Source of the DNA: Candidatus Poribacteria bacterium
Lineage (GTDB): Bacteria > Poribacteria > WGA-4E > WGA-3G
Direction of reading: 5' to 3'
NCBI GenBank assembly: GCA_965214095.1
Contig: OZ243938.1
Coordinates: 5,142,210 to 5,206,209 of the forward strand
Length of the DNA stretch: 64,000 nucleotides
In this document: one piece after another, positions 9,076 to 19,912 of the stretch
Layout of the letters: every line of letters begins with the position of its first letter
Position numbering within the stretch: position 1 is the first letter of the stretch
Notes under the pieces: model-generated
What the model saw: the letters and a program-made list of their open reading frames with translations, nothing else
The model's database searches: none
Told to the model about the DNA's origin: nothing
Made by a program: the position numbers and the translations under genes

Positions 9076-9993
9076 TTAACTAACTTCTGTGCCAGACATT
9101 TGCTCTAAAGCCAACAGCAATGCTTGCGTTCCTAAACGTCCATGTCCTTGTGCTTGCACAGCAGTGTAAAGTTGATGCACCAAGGCAAGTCCCGGTAGAC
9201 TCAGGTTCATTTTTCTTGCTTCATCCAGTGCAATGCTCATATCCTTGATGAAATGTTCCACAAAGAAACCAGGGTCAAAGTCGCGCTTGAGAACCCGTGG
9301 GGCTAAGTTATCCAACGACCAACATGCAGCTGCTCCACCGCTGATTGAAGATAGCATCGTCTCCAAATCCAAACCCGCTTTATGACCATAAATCAATCCT
9401 TCACACACACCGATCATCGTGCCAGAAATGGTAATCTGATTGCACATTTTGGTATGTTGACCAGCACCAGCACCGCCTTGATGAACGATGTTCTTACCCA
9501 TAGCGGAAAATAGCGGCATAATTGCTTCTACCGCTGAGTCATCACCCCCGACCATGATAGAGAGTCGTGCTTCTCGCGCACCAACATCACCACCTGAAAC
9601 AGGGGCATCTACAGATGATACATTCTGTTCACTTGCAGCAGCATATATCTCCTGTGCAAGAGAGGGTTCAGTAGTCGTCATATCAACGATAATACTACCT
9701 GATTTTGCGCCATTCAGAATACCGTTTTCACCGAGATAAACCTCTCTCACATCGGGTGGAAACCCAACGATTGTAAAGATGACATCTGAAACTGCAGCAA
9801 CTTCACTCGGTGATTCTGCCCATGTCGCACCATCATCAATAAGAGGCTGTGCTTTTGATTTTGTGCGGTTATAGACCGCCATTTCATATCCGAGATCCAT
9901 CAGATGTTGACACATCCAACGTCCCATTACACCAGTTCCAATCCAACCTAATTTTGTTTTTGTAGGTTCTACACTCGTTATGTTGTCTGCCAT
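9076..9993 (-). CDS. NAD(P)-dependent beta-hydroxyacid dehydrogenase (3-hydroxyisobutyrate/tartronate semialdehyde reductase family)
   Basis: Motifs [16 protein letters not shown] and [11 protein letters not shown]. Confidence 0.9.
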   Translation of the reverse strand: MADNITSVEPTKTKLGWIGTGVMGRWMCQHLMDLGYEMAVYNRTKSKAQPLIDDGATWAESPSEVAAVSDVIFTIVGFPPDVREVYLGENGILNGAKSGSIIVDMTTTEPSLAQEIYAAASEQNVSSVDAPVSGGDVGAREARLSIMVGGDDSAVEAIMPLFSAMGKNIVHQGGAGAGQHTKMCNQITISGTMIGVCEGLIYGHKAGLDLETMLSSISGGAAACWSLDNLAPRVLKRDFDPGFFVEHFIKDMSIALDEARKMNLSLPGLALVHQLYTAVQAQGHGRLGTQALLLALEQMSGTEVS

Positions 9994-10104
9994 GATTCTC
10001 CTTTCTGAGTTACTGTGATAATTGATTCTTTATGATGAACAAATGATTCGAACAAGTCCTTAGAAGTTGTTGTAGAACATGCCAACCATATCCACCATAT
10101 TAAC

Positions 10105-11232
10105 CTATGTTCCCTTTTTATCCTTGAGCTTTGCTATTGTAGGTGCTTGAATTTGCGGTATAGCATCTTCTTGGATATCCTTTTTACTTCTTTTTATATC
10201 TTTTGCCAATTGCATTGCGATTACAATACCACCAGCAATAACCCCACAATAGACACTAAAAAAACGATTCAACAATACAAACGGTGTAATTAAATTCGCA
10301 GATATTAGACTCTTCATTAATACACTTTTTGTCCCTTCTGCAAACCCACTTGCACCAGGTGTTGGCATGAATAGGACAACAAAATTGTACAACATTTCAA
10401 CAACACATAAGTCCCATAATGACGCATTAGCATTAAATGATCTGATTACAAAGTAGCCACCACCAACCCGTGCAAAAATGAAACCAAAAGTAAGAGCCAA
10501 ACTCAATAGATAAGTCCATTTGTGATTGCGAAGAATGTTCCTGGCAAAAGCACTGTGTTCCGTAGTAATTTGTTCTACTTTTAACTTAGCTCGTTCTAAG
10601 TATGGAACAGAAGGACTAAACCTTCTTCCTATTTGATCGGAAATCCAATAAAAAATACGAGATACGAATGCTGGTTTGAAAAGTAATAGAAGAAATGCCA
10701 GAAAAACGAAACCAAATATTAGAAAACTAAACAAACTTATCCAAGTTGTATCTTTTGGGATCAGTCTGGGGTCTAATAAAAGTATGCTACATGCTGAGAA
10801 AAAGATAACGATTAACGTCGAAAGGAAGGCAGTAATTCCAGCTGTAATAGCCCCAGATAGCGGCACGCCAGATCTCGCGTATATATAAAGATGACCAACG
10901 CCCCCTGTTTGGAATGGTGTAATTGCGGACACACAGGTTGTTGCTAAAATAGCACGGCAACTATCACGAAATCTAATTGAAGGACTAACTATTCGAATAA
11001 AAATGTGGAATCTGAGTCCGCCGCACAACCAATCCAGTAACATGCATACACTTGCAGCAAGTAGAAATTCAAACCTTATTCCATAAAATACCTGCAATAA
11101 CTCTTCTGTCTTGTTTTCTATACTTTTTTGTGTGTCAAAACCCAAAAAAATAACCAAAAGCCCAACCAACGTAAATAAAATGAAAAGAAGAACACCGCGA
11201 ATCATTTTTTCGCGGCTCATAGGGGCTAGCAT
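10105..11232 (-). CDS. Lysylphosphatidylglycerol synthase TM / flippase-like membrane protein
   Basis: Multiple TM helices, with ITPFQTGG and PTPGASGFAE motifs. Confidence 0.75.
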   Translation of the reverse strand: MLAPMSREKMIRGVLLFILFTLVGLLVIFLGFDTQKSIENKTEELLQVFYGIRFEFLLAASVCMLLDWLCGGLRFHIFIRIVSPSIRFRDSCRAILATTCVSAITPFQTGGVGHLYIYARSGVPLSGAITAGITAFLSTLIVIFFSACSILLLDPRLIPKDTTWISLFSFLIFGFVFLAFLLLLFKPAFVSRIFYWISDQIGRRFSPSVPYLERAKLKVEQITTEHSAFARNILRNHKWTYLLSLALTFGFIFARVGGGYFVIRSFNANASLWDLCVVEMLYNFVVLFMPTPGASGFAEGTKSVLMKSLISANLITPFVLLNRFFSVYCGVIAGGIVIAMQLAKDIKRSKKDIQEDAIPQIQAPTIAKLKDKKGT

Positions 11233-11285
11233 TAATATATATTACCTTTTGTTCTTACGTGTTTCTTCTTGCGTCTATGGATCAA

Positions 11286-12131
11286 CTATCTATCAACAAG
11301 CGTTAACGTCAAACTGATGTCCATCGGCATGGCAGAATGTGTCAATGCCCCAACTGATATATAGTCAACTCCAGTTGCAGCAACTGCTTTCACTCGATCC
11401 AATGTAATCCCACCAGAAGCTTCTGTGATTGCAAGATCTCCGACTCGCTGGACTACTTCCTTCATCATCTCAATCGACATGTTGTCAAGCAGCAAGATGT
11501 CTGCTTTTGCTTCAAGTGCTTCATTGACCTGTTCAACGGTTTCAACCTCTACCTCAATCTTCACTGTATGCGGTGCAGCCAATCTTGCTCGATGAACAGC
11601 TTTAGTAATTCCACCAGCAGCAACTATGTGGTTATCCTTAATGAGAACGCCATCATACAGTCCAAATCTGTGATTCTGTCCACCCCCGATGCAAACCGCA
11701 TATTTTTGTATCGCACGCCATCCAGGCGTTGTCTTCCGTGTATCCACAATCTTCACATCATAGTCTGTAACAGCATTGACAAACTGCGAGGTTAAAGTTG
11801 CTACACCGGAGAGTCGTTGTAAGAAGTTAAGTGCAGTTCGCTCACCGATGAGAATTGTCTTTGCATCTTCCTGTACCTCAGCAATCGGAGTTCCTGCCCT
11901 AACCGCATCACCATCATTGACAAAGGCTGTGAAGGTCAGACCAGAATTTAGTTTCTCAAAGGTCCTTTCTGCAACGGGTAGACCTGCAATAACACCATCG
12001 GTTTTTGCCAGAAGTGTCCCGATACCTATTTGAGCGGATGGCACTGTTGCCTCTGTAGTAATATCACCGATACCGATATCTTCTTCAAAAGCAAGTTCGA
12101 TTAATGTATCTACAGAACTGAGGTTAAGCAT
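11286..12131 (-). CDS. nadC: Nicotinate-nucleotide diphosphorylase (quinolinate phosphoribosyltransferase)
   Basis: Motifs ERTALNFLQRLSG, DTRKTTPG, LIKDNHI, LLDNM, EASGGI and ISVGALTHSA. Confidence 0.96.
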   Translation of the reverse strand: MLNLSSVDTLIELAFEEDIGIGDITTEATVPSAQIGIGTLLAKTDGVIAGLPVAERTFEKLNSGLTFTAFVNDGDAVRAGTPIAEVQEDAKTILIGERTALNFLQRLSGVATLTSQFVNAVTDYDVKIVDTRKTTPGWRAIQKYAVCIGGGQNHRFGLYDGVLIKDNHIVAAGGITKAVHRARLAAPHTVKIEVEVETVEQVNEALEAKADILLLDNMSIEMMKEVVQRVGDLAITEASGGITLDRVKAVAATGVDYISVGALTHSAMPMDISLTLTLVDR

Positions 12132-12226
12132 GTTTACTCGATGATTAAATGAGTCTCTCTAAATGAATGTATACGTCTTGATGTCGATCCTTAAACTAGC
12201 CTTGTGCCTTCCTATTTATATCCAAA

Positions 12227-12685
12227 TTAATATGAAACTCTAAGTCCTTTTATAGTCCCTTCTTCGTCAATTTTGATCATTGCCAAACCCAAGGCATTTG
12301 ATAAATCATAACTTGCACGCCAAAATGATTCAGACAAACCATCCCAATTTTCTACTAATTCCTCAAGCGTTGTAGTTTCATAGTCGTCTATAGGTAGTTC
12401 AAGCAACTCGTCTGGTGTAGTATCTTCAAAATAAAATATTTCATCTATACCAAGTTTCCACTCGCGTTCTAACTCACGCTTTTCATCAATTGTTAAAGTA
12501 TAGGTCTCAATTACTTTCTCAAATATATCCTGAGTTTCTTCTTCAAGTTCTTTGAGTCTGTTTAATCTCTTCTCTTTTTGCCTCCAACTACTTTCATTAT
12601 AGTCGTCAACCTTCTGATTTCTTATTTTTTGTTTGCGAGAGGCAACACCGCGTTTTCGGTTTTTCGCTTTTCTTCCTTTTTTCAC
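12227..12685 (-). CDS. Hypothetical protein (basic N-terminus, acidic C-terminus)
   Basis: 152-aa ORF in line with the minus-strand gene run. No recognised motif. Confidence 0.65.
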   Translation of the reverse strand: MKKGRKAKNRKRGVASRKQKIRNQKVDDYNESSWRQKEKRLNRLKELEEETQDIFEKVIETYTLTIDEKRELEREWKLGIDEIFYFEDTTPDELLELPIDDYETTTLEELVENWDGLSESFWRASYDLSNALGLAMIKIDEEGTIKGLRVSY

Positions 12686-12749
12686 TGGATTAACCTATCA
12701 ATGTTCAGGCGCGGTCTTAAACCGCGCCTACTCAACTTAACAACAATCC

Positions 12750-13664
12750 CTAATATCTTTCTAAATAGGGTGTAAGGAATTTTTTCGCATCTTCCGTAAC
12801 ATCCCAGGCGTTTGCCCAGAAACAGAGATCAATAGAGAACCACTCCCCATCATAACCCGTTTCATCCATGATGACAGGAATAATAGCGTCAAAGTCCAAC
12901 ACACCTTCACCGAAAGGTGCGTGAGTACTTGTTTCATCATGATGCAGCGTATTATCAGAGTCAATGAGATGGAAATGTCCTATTTCTCCCTTCAACTGAC
13001 GTGCAAGTTCAATTACACCGTTGTCACCCAAGGTCTCCTTCTCACCCACCTGTCGTGAACCAACAGTAGCACACATCTGCGCGTGACAGGTATCAAACAT
13101 TACCTTGAAATTCGGGTGATCCACAGCCTTCGGTAAATTGATTATATCACTCGGTTTATTGAACATAAAACCGGGTTCAAACTCCCACAGCATCAACACA
13201 CCGTGATCTTCAGCGACTTGTGCACAACGTCTCCAAAGTGAAACGATACGATCCCAAGCTTTCTCACGTTCAACTCCCTCTACTTCTTGCTCAGCATCAG
13301 ACACAGTGTCAACACGGATTGAAGGTGAACCGAGATCAAGTGCAAGCTGTAGATTCCGCCTAAATAACTTGAAGTAAAAGTCGTCTTCTTGTGCTTCGTC
13401 CGATCCGGGTGCTGGATGTGACCAAAAATCTGCTGCCAAACCAGAGACTTCCAAACCGTAGTAACTAATCAATCCTTTGACAGCATCTCGATCACTCTTC
13501 ATCGGATAATCGTTGATGTCTATGTGCGGTTTAAATGCTCCGATTTCAACACCATCAAATTCAAGTTCACCCAACCGTTTTACGACATCGTCGAATGGTA
13601 CAGGATTATCTTCATAAGGTCCAAATGCATAAGCCCAACTGCCAATTGACAATTTTTTTGCCAT
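12750..13664 (-). CDS. Sugar phosphate isomerase/epimerase (xylose isomerase-like TIM barrel)
   Basis: Metal-binding motifs FDGVEI, WEFEP, FDTCH, HFHLIDSD and H.PFGEG. AGGAGG RBS. Confidence 0.85.
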   Translation of the reverse strand: MAKKLSIGSWAYAFGPYEDNPVPFDDVVKRLGELEFDGVEIGAFKPHIDINDYPMKSDRDAVKGLISYYGLEVSGLAADFWSHPAPGSDEAQEDDFYFKLFRRNLQLALDLGSPSIRVDTVSDAEQEVEGVEREKAWDRIVSLWRRCAQVAEDHGVLMLWEFEPGFMFNKPSDIINLPKAVDHPNFKVMFDTCHAQMCATVGSRQVGEKETLGDNGVIELARQLKGEIGHFHLIDSDNTLHHDETSTHAPFGEGVLDFDAIIPVIMDETGYDGEWFSIDLCFWANAWDVTEDAKKFLTPYLERY

Positions 13665-13725
13665 GTTATCCTCCTACAGGAATAAAATTATAATTTACTT
13701 CAATCAATCACAATGTTCGCTTGAA

Positions 13726-14940
13726 TCATATACCAGCAACCAAATTCCGTACTTCTGTCTCAAGTTCAATCGTAATTTCTTCTACTGTCTCTTTCTTCTG
13801 TGTCTTGTATGCCTCGTAGTAGTTCAAGAGATTTATCGGTTCACCAGCACGTATTGATGCGACACGAGGTCCCCGCATACTTCCCTTACCAAAAACTTCT
13901 TTTTCCAACCTAAATATTACCTCAAGATAACGTTCCGCAGAAGGCTCCTCTGCTACATATCCATCGGTAATCGCAATAAAATTTATCAATCGTTCCAAAT
14001 CAGGATAGAACTGTTGAAATTTTTGAAGTTGTTCCTCATGTATTTTACGTTCATATTCTGTCATCTGATCTATATCTCTGTATACCTCGGCATCAACGAT
14101 GTTTTTCAACGCACGAACACGGGTAAGGATATCGTTCTCAGATCGGATACCTAATATTTTCTCAACATGGGTTAATATCTGTTCCTTGAGTCCTTGAATA
14201 TGTTGGTTCAGTGATGCTGTGGGGTCTACTTTATATTGATATTCATCTGCCAATGTAGAAAGAATGGCGATGCCGATACGTCTAAGACGTTGATAACGTT
14301 CAGCAGGCGTACGTGCATCAGACGGAAGTATACTTCGCTCTAAGTTCGCAAGTGCAGTATCAATAACGTTCCACATATCTTGTGTATAACGATATTTGAT
14401 TCCCATCGGAACAACAAATAAGGGTGTCTCAATTTCACCCTTTTTCATATCGTCTATTGCCCAGAAACAGAATTGCGCGACACCTCTTTCAAAACGCATC
14501 ACGGTATCATTCTGGTGAGATATTTCCCCTTCTCCAAAGATAACAAGTGGCCATTTCCCCTCAACTAATATTTCGCGTGTTGTTCTGAATGCGTTTCTAT
14601 CAGCAGTTCCACGGACCACTGAATAAACACCACATCGCTGCATCACAGCACTGCGGATTCCAAGGAAATTTCCTCTATCAAATACCTCTCTTGCTGACAT
14701 ATAGTAAAACGGTTGAGATAAATGTTTTGACAACAAGAACATGACATAAGGGTCATCTGAAGCCGCATGGTTGGGAGAAATTAACGTAGGAATGCCACGT
14801 GTTGATTCTAACCTTTCAATTGTTTCCTGGTCAATGTCTAACGTCATCCCTTTCAGATAGAACCGGTTGACGATCGGCATGATTGCTTTGACAACCTTTA
14901 TGACGGACATGTTCGGTTTTGGAGGCTTAAAGTCTAACAT
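13726..14940 (-). CDS. Glycerolipid acyltransferase (PlsC family)
   Basis: NH(X4)D motif NHAASDD and IFGEGE motif. Confidence 0.85.
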   Translation of the reverse strand: MLDFKPPKPNMSVIKVVKAIMPIVNRFYLKGMTLDIDQETIERLESTRGIPTLISPNHAASDDPYVMFLLSKHLSQPFYYMSAREVFDRGNFLGIRSAVMQRCGVYSVVRGTADRNAFRTTREILVEGKWPLVIFGEGEISHQNDTVMRFERGVAQFCFWAIDDMKKGEIETPLFVVPMGIKYRYTQDMWNVIDTALANLERSILPSDARTPAERYQRLRRIGIAILSTLADEYQYKVDPTASLNQHIQGLKEQILTHVEKILGIRSENDILTRVRALKNIVDAEVYRDIDQMTEYERKIHEEQLQKFQQFYPDLERLINFIAITDGYVAEEPSAERYLEVIFRLEKEVFGKGSMRGPRVASIRAGEPINLLNYYEAYKTQKKETVEEITIELETEVRNLVAGI

Positions 14941-15013
14941 TACGTGCTACCGTGGGGTAACTCGGCGTGCACCTACCGTTGCGTATCACGTCACACGGTG
15001 TGCGATACTTTTC

Positions 15014-16120
15014 TTATAGTTCAGGTGGATAACAACAGATCACTTCCAGCGGTTCATCACCAGTGCTGACGATGGCGTAACTGGATAAACATCTCGGTAT
15101 GAAGAATGACTTACCACGTTTGATGGGAATATCTTCAAAATCACCACGCAGTACACCTTCACCACCTAATGTGACAAGTGCATAGAAACCTTTACCTGCA
15201 GGCATGCTGAGAGTTGATGTCACGGTCAAACGTGAACATCCAAAGTATTGTAACGCTTCCTCAGGAACGATTCGGTCTTCACGGTTATCACCTTCTGCTC
15301 TCACAAGTTCAGGTGTCCGTCTGATATAGTTGTTAAGATAATCTAACTCAAGCTTGTCAAATTCAGCAGCATCCACTGCCAAATCCCAACCGAGTCCAAG
15401 GTGTCCATCTTCCTTATCATAAGGAAAACCTTCCCATTCGGCAAGTATATTCCAATCTGTCGGTTCTTGTGGTTCAAGGACACAAAGTCCTGTTCCGAGT
15501 GAATGCACAATCGGTGTCCGTAGGAAATAAACTTCTCCAACCTTCGGTTCAACGACATGCAAAAGACTTCGTAAGGTTTCAATATCTTGTGCTTCCATCA
15601 AATCACGGAAATCGGATTTATCTATCGTTTCTTTCCATCCAATCCATGCCTTGGCACCAGGACGCGTGCCGATTAATATCCACGCTTCGTTCTTGCCAAA
15701 AGGAGAATTGAGGTGTTCTAACGCAAAATCTGGATTCGGATGCCAGTGGATCGGAATGTGTGCTCCTTCGCCAACATCAAAAATCTTGAGAAGCACGCCT
15801 AAGTCAGTACCAAATTTGTCAACGTGCGCGCTACCAAGTGTATCTTCAGGAAATGCGTCCAAGAGTTCTTTTAATAAAACAATCTCTCCACTTGGGAGTT
15901 GAACAAGACTGAAACCTTTTTCTGGAGGGTTATCTCTACCGGGTGTAATCGCTCTATTTGTGGAAAAAATCCATTCTTCTGAGTAATAATCGTCTTTCGG
16001 ATCGGGTTCACCCATAAATTCTGCCCGAAGTTTGCCACCGTTATAGAAGTGCAAGTATGTGTTCGGTGCTAAAGCAATGGGTGCGCTTAACATTGACTGT
16101 AATTCTGTTTGTGTTGCCAT
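15014..16120 (-). CDS. Class I mannose-6-phosphate isomerase-like cupin
   Basis: Motifs SEEW, LLKIFD, PIHWHP, GKNEAW, VHSLG and EPQEPTD. Confidence 0.8.
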   Translation of the reverse strand: MATQTELQSMLSAPIALAPNTYLHFYNGGKLRAEFMGEPDPKDDYYSEEWIFSTNRAITPGRDNPPEKGFSLVQLPSGEIVLLKELLDAFPEDTLGSAHVDKFGTDLGVLLKIFDVGEGAHIPIHWHPNPDFALEHLNSPFGKNEAWILIGTRPGAKAWIGWKETIDKSDFRDLMEAQDIETLRSLLHVVEPKVGEVYFLRTPIVHSLGTGLCVLEPQEPTDWNILAEWEGFPYDKEDGHLGLGWDLAVDAAEFDKLELDYLNNYIRRTPELVRAEGDNREDRIVPEEALQYFGCSRLTVTSTLSMPAGKGFYALVTLGGEGVLRGDFEDIPIKRGKSFFIPRCLSSYAIVSTGDEPLEVICCYPPEL

Positions 16121-16296
16121 ATTGCTGTCCTCTCTTTATCTTTATGATGTAATTCTATCATTTTTGAGGCGGTTTGTCAAGAGTCTTTTAGGAGTCCCAG
16201 GGGTATTTAGTTTTAAGGATTCGTAGCCATTAAGGTTAGCTTAATGTTAAATCCCTAAATCGGACTAACCAATGGATTTGTTGGATTTATTGATTC

Positions 16297-16352
16297 TTGT
16301 CTGAACCAGGATTTTCAGGATTAGCAGATTTGCAGGATTGTGAGTTTGGGAC
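16297..16352. repeat. Repeat family F (TTGTCTGAACCAGGATTTTCAGGATTAG..., ~9-bp CAGGATT periodicity), single arm
   Basis: Matches the arms at 17007-17168 and 41677-41770. Confidence 0.65.
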
Positions 16353-16561
16353 TCCAATGTTCCTATTCAAAGTGTGCCGTCTATTTTTCTGTGTTTCAAA
16401 AGCGCGAATACGAACAGAGAATTGGGGTTGGTTGTTTTTTCTATTTTTTTGTGAGTCGCTCTCCTGCTTGTTGTGGTAGGAGTTTGTTGGAGCTTTTTGT
16501 GTTGGTCGGTTTTTTGAAAAAACAACCAATGTCGCTTTTCTTGTTTATTTTCTTTTGATGT

Positions 16562-16837
16562 ACTATAGTTTGGACAATTTCTCTCGGTTGCATACTGATA
16601 TTTCTAGCATTTTCAACATTTTGTGAGTTTTCAATAGGATAATAACTTGACGAAAATGAGTTAGAATATCAAAATGAGCAGCCCCAGCGGGGCGAAATGT
16701 GTCCAGCACATCGTGACAAAACGATTTATAGCCCCAGCGGGGCGACAGGTGTATCATTGAAGGAATAGGTCCGATGACTGTGATGCTCCTTGTCCAGACT
16801 ATTATTCAAGTCTATAAAAAACTGTCCAAACTATAGT
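16562..16837. mobile_element. MITE-like element G with 15-bp TIRs
   Basis: TIRs ACTATAGTTTGGACA / TGTCCAAACTATAGT. Internal duplicated hairpin AGCCCCAGCGGGGCGA at about 16680 and 16730. Confidence 0.65.
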
Positions 16838-17006
16838 TTAATGTAAGAGGCGCGATAAATTGCGCGACTACAAGCCTGTCTTTTGTTGTTGTTGTGATGC
16901 GTTGTCATTTGATTATTGATGGGTAATATTATATGTTATGGTGGGATGGGTGTGTAGGGTTTTTTGGGGAGGAACAATGGATGACCAAGTAATTTGGGGG
17001 TGGATT

Positions 17007-17168
17007 TGTTTGAATCTGGATTTGCAGGATTAGTAGATTTTCAGGATTAGGGTTTGGTATATCGTATGTTCTTTGCAATGAAGAAACTTCTATTTTTGAT
17101 TGGCAGTTTGGAGAGACAAACTCATAATCCTGCAAATCTACTAATCCTGAAAATCCTGGTTCAGACAA
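17007..17168. repeat. Repeat family F inverted pair
   Basis: TTGTTTGAATCTGGATTTGCAGGATTAGTAGATTTTCAGGATT...AATCCTGCAAATCTACTAATCCTGAAAATCCTGGTTCAGACAA. Confidence 0.75.
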
Positions 17169-17275
17169 TTAAGGGTGGTTGAGGTTAGGGTGTGTGGAAG
17201 GTGTATCTTTACTAATCTAACGATGATGATCTTTAGTATTCGATAATCAGTAAGGAGACTGTCTTTCTATCACTG

Positions 17276-19369
17276 CTATTGCTGAGGAGGCGTTAACATT
17301 GCGGCGATGTCTGCGGGGATTTTAATGTTGTTTTTCTGTTCAAAGTCTTTAACATTTTCATAGTCGTTATGGAATGACTGGATAATATCATAACCCATGT
17401 TTTTCGCAGTCGTGAGGTCTGATTTGGCTTTTTCCCATTCTTGAAGATGCATCCAAGATTCGCCGCGATTGCAGTAGGATTCATAATCCTCTGGATTTAG
17501 TTCAATCGCCTTGTCATAGTCTTGAATTGCTCTATCATAATCCCCCATTTCCGAGTAAGTAAGACCTCTGATATTATATGCTATATCGTCCTCTGGATTT
17601 AGTTCTAACGCCTTGCCATAGTCTTGTATTGCGCTATCATGATCACCTTTTTCTGAGTAAGCAATACCACGTTTGATATATGCTCTACTATCCCCTGGAT
17701 TCAGTTCTATCGCCTTGGTGAAGTCTTGCATTGCGTTTTCATAATCATCTATTTTCGCATAAGCATTACCACGGTTGAAATATGCCTTAGTATCATCAGG
17801 ATTCAGTTCAATCACTTTACTAAAGTCTTGAATTGCGCTTTCATAATCCCCCATTACCGCGTAAGTAAGACCTCTGATACTATATGCTATATCGTCCTCT
17901 GGATTTAGTTCTAACGCCTTGCCATAGTCTTGTATTGCGCTATCATTATCACCTTTTTCTGAGTAAGCAATACCACGTTTGATATATGCTCTACTATCCC
18001 CTGGATTCAGTTCTATCGCCTTGTTATAGTCTTGAATTGCTCTATCATAGTCCTCTTTTTTAGCGTAAGCATAACCACGGTTGTTATATGCTCTACTATC
18101 CTCCGGATTCAGTTCTATCGCCTTTCCAAAGTCTTGAATTGCGTTTTCATAATCATCTATTTTCGCATAAGCATTACCGCGTTTGATATATGCTTTACTA
18201 TCCTCTGGATTCAGTTCTATCGCCTTTCCAAAGTCTTGTATTGCAAGATCAACTCTTCCTTCACCTGCATAAACAAGTCCTCGACTGTGATAAACTTCGT
18301 AGAATTCTGGATCAAGTTCAATTACCGTGTTAAAATCTTTGAGAGCCTGATCGGAATCTCCTTTAAGGAAAGAAACACTCCCGCGTAAACACTGCACAGC
18401 AACATTTGATGGGTTTGACTCTATTACTTTACTAAAATCCTCAATAGATTGATCCCAATCTTTCTTAACAAAGTAAGCCATCCCTCGATATCGATATATA
18501 TCAGAATAATTTGGATCCAGATGAATCACTGTGGTGAAATCCTCAATTGCGCTATCTACATCTCCCATGCTGGCGTAGATAATCCCTCGATTCCTATAGC
18601 TTTTCAGGAAATCCGGCTTCAACGTTATTGCTTGAGTATAATACTTTATAGCTTCAGCAGCAGCATTTTCCTTTTCAACAGAGTCTGCTTTTCTGCCGAT
18701 ATTCTGCAAGGACAATCCACTGTAATATTTAGTGTAGGCATCTCGATGTATTTCCTGTTTTCTTATGAAACTGTAAAGATCGTTTAACACTGTATCTGTT
18801 GAGATGTCGTGTTCTCGCCTGAGATGTTGTAGTAGTGGTTGTTTGAGATTGGCTGGAATAGTGACAATCTGGGATTCGTCTGGTTCAATGAACCCTTGTG
18901 GTGACTGGACAAATACTATTCCTTGGTTACTGACACGATGTCGTGGATTTTTAGGCTTTAGCATCCAGTCTTTAATCGTCTCAGTTTTCTGCACAATAAC
19001 TCTACCATCTTTAGCAGCTGCCCCATAGCAAGCAAAGAAGAGTGCTATCAAATGGTTAGACGTGAAGTCTATCAGATTGGTTTTGCCACCGTAGTGTTGG
19101 AGTTCAGCTAAGATATCTAAGTCGTCCTTTTTGTAAAGATACTGTTTGGCTTCATCTATCATATCTCTTTGAACGAGTTCCAGATCGATCAACTCTACAT
19201 CACAATCGGCAAATTCTCTATAAAGACTTGAGGAGACTTTACCAGCATTTTCTGACTCACCACGATAGATACATTCACTATCAGCCGATATTGTCTCTAT
19301 CTCTTCAATGACTTCAAGAGCAGCGTCTTGTTGGTTGTCTTGAGAATTTTGTTTCTTTAGCATGTTCAT
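17276..19369 (-). CDS. FRG-domain protein with C-terminal TPR array
   Basis: YRGE, LQHYGGKTNLIDFT and ALFFAC motifs, followed by about 12 TPRs (AY..RG.AY...D...AIQD..KAIELNP). Confidence 0.88.
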   Translation of the reverse strand: MNMLKKQNSQDNQQDAALEVIEEIETISADSECIYRGESENAGKVSSSLYREFADCDVELIDLELVQRDMIDEAKQYLYKKDDLDILAELQHYGGKTNLIDFTSNHLIALFFACYGAAAKDGRVIVQKTETIKDWMLKPKNPRHRVSNQGIVFVQSPQGFIEPDESQIVTIPANLKQPLLQHLRREHDISTDTVLNDLYSFIRKQEIHRDAYTKYYSGLSLQNIGRKADSVEKENAAAEAIKYYTQAITLKPDFLKSYRNRGIIYASMGDVDSAIEDFTTVIHLDPNYSDIYRYRGMAYFVKKDWDQSIEDFSKVIESNPSNVAVQCLRGSVSFLKGDSDQALKDFNTVIELDPEFYEVYHSRGLVYAGEGRVDLAIQDFGKAIELNPEDSKAYIKRGNAYAKIDDYENAIQDFGKAIELNPEDSRAYNNRGYAYAKKEDYDRAIQDYNKAIELNPGDSRAYIKRGIAYSEKGDNDSAIQDYGKALELNPEDDIAYSIRGLTYAVMGDYESAIQDFSKVIELNPDDTKAYFNRGNAYAKIDDYENAMQDFTKAIELNPGDSRAYIKRGIAYSEKGDHDSAIQDYGKALELNPEDDIAYNIRGLTYSEMGDYDRAIQDYDKAIELNPEDYESYCNRGESWMHLQEWEKAKSDLTTAKNMGYDIIQSFHNDYENVKDFEQKNNIKIPADIAAMLTPPQQ

Positions 19370-19443
19370 TGTTCTTGGGAATCTGAATCCCTCCTACAGA
19401 AATTGGTTTATCGTTGGGGATCGGAGTTCACTCCTACAGTCAA

Positions 19444-19743
19444 CTAACTGTCTAAGTTTCTTCCGTGCTTCATAATAGTGTCAACTATTATATTGCGTCT
19501 GCGTTGCTTAGTTTCCTTCACAGAAGTGAATGTGCTTTCTTCTGCATCACGTTTGACAGCATTGGATATCGCATTACGCAATTTATTTTTACCATCTGTT
19601 GGAGTAATATCTATATCGGGGTTCTTTATAGCGTTGAAAACTGGATCGCTTAACATGTCTTGAACATCTCTTGAAGATAGGAATTCGTCTGTTTGCATAC
19701 TCTTGCTTTCTGTGGAAATCGCTGCTGCTTTCTTGTTTGCCAT
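19444..19743 (-). CDS. Hypothetical protein
   Basis: 99-aa ORF with a strong GGAGG RBS, between the two FRG-TPR genes. Confidence 0.65.
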   Translation of the reverse strand: MANKKAAAISTESKSMQTDEFLSSRDVQDMLSDPVFNAIKNPDIDITPTDGKNKLRNAISNAVKRDAEESTFTSVKETKQRRRNIIVDTIMKHGRNLDS

Positions 19744-19912
19744 TAGCCTCCCTCCATTTTAAAATGTAATTAATCACCAGAGAATCACTATGAATCATTG
19801 GAATCGCATGTATTCGAATTTCAACAAAATATACATAATACTTGAAAAGATGTCAATATAATTTCATTGAATATGTGATCAGTTTCTATTTTAGATATTG
19901 GTAACGGTGTAA

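Noticed and set aside
16287-17168. Short ORFs starting MSEPGFSGL (also NQDLQD ORFs near 41338-41787)
   Set aside because: Translations of repeat family F, not supported as genes.
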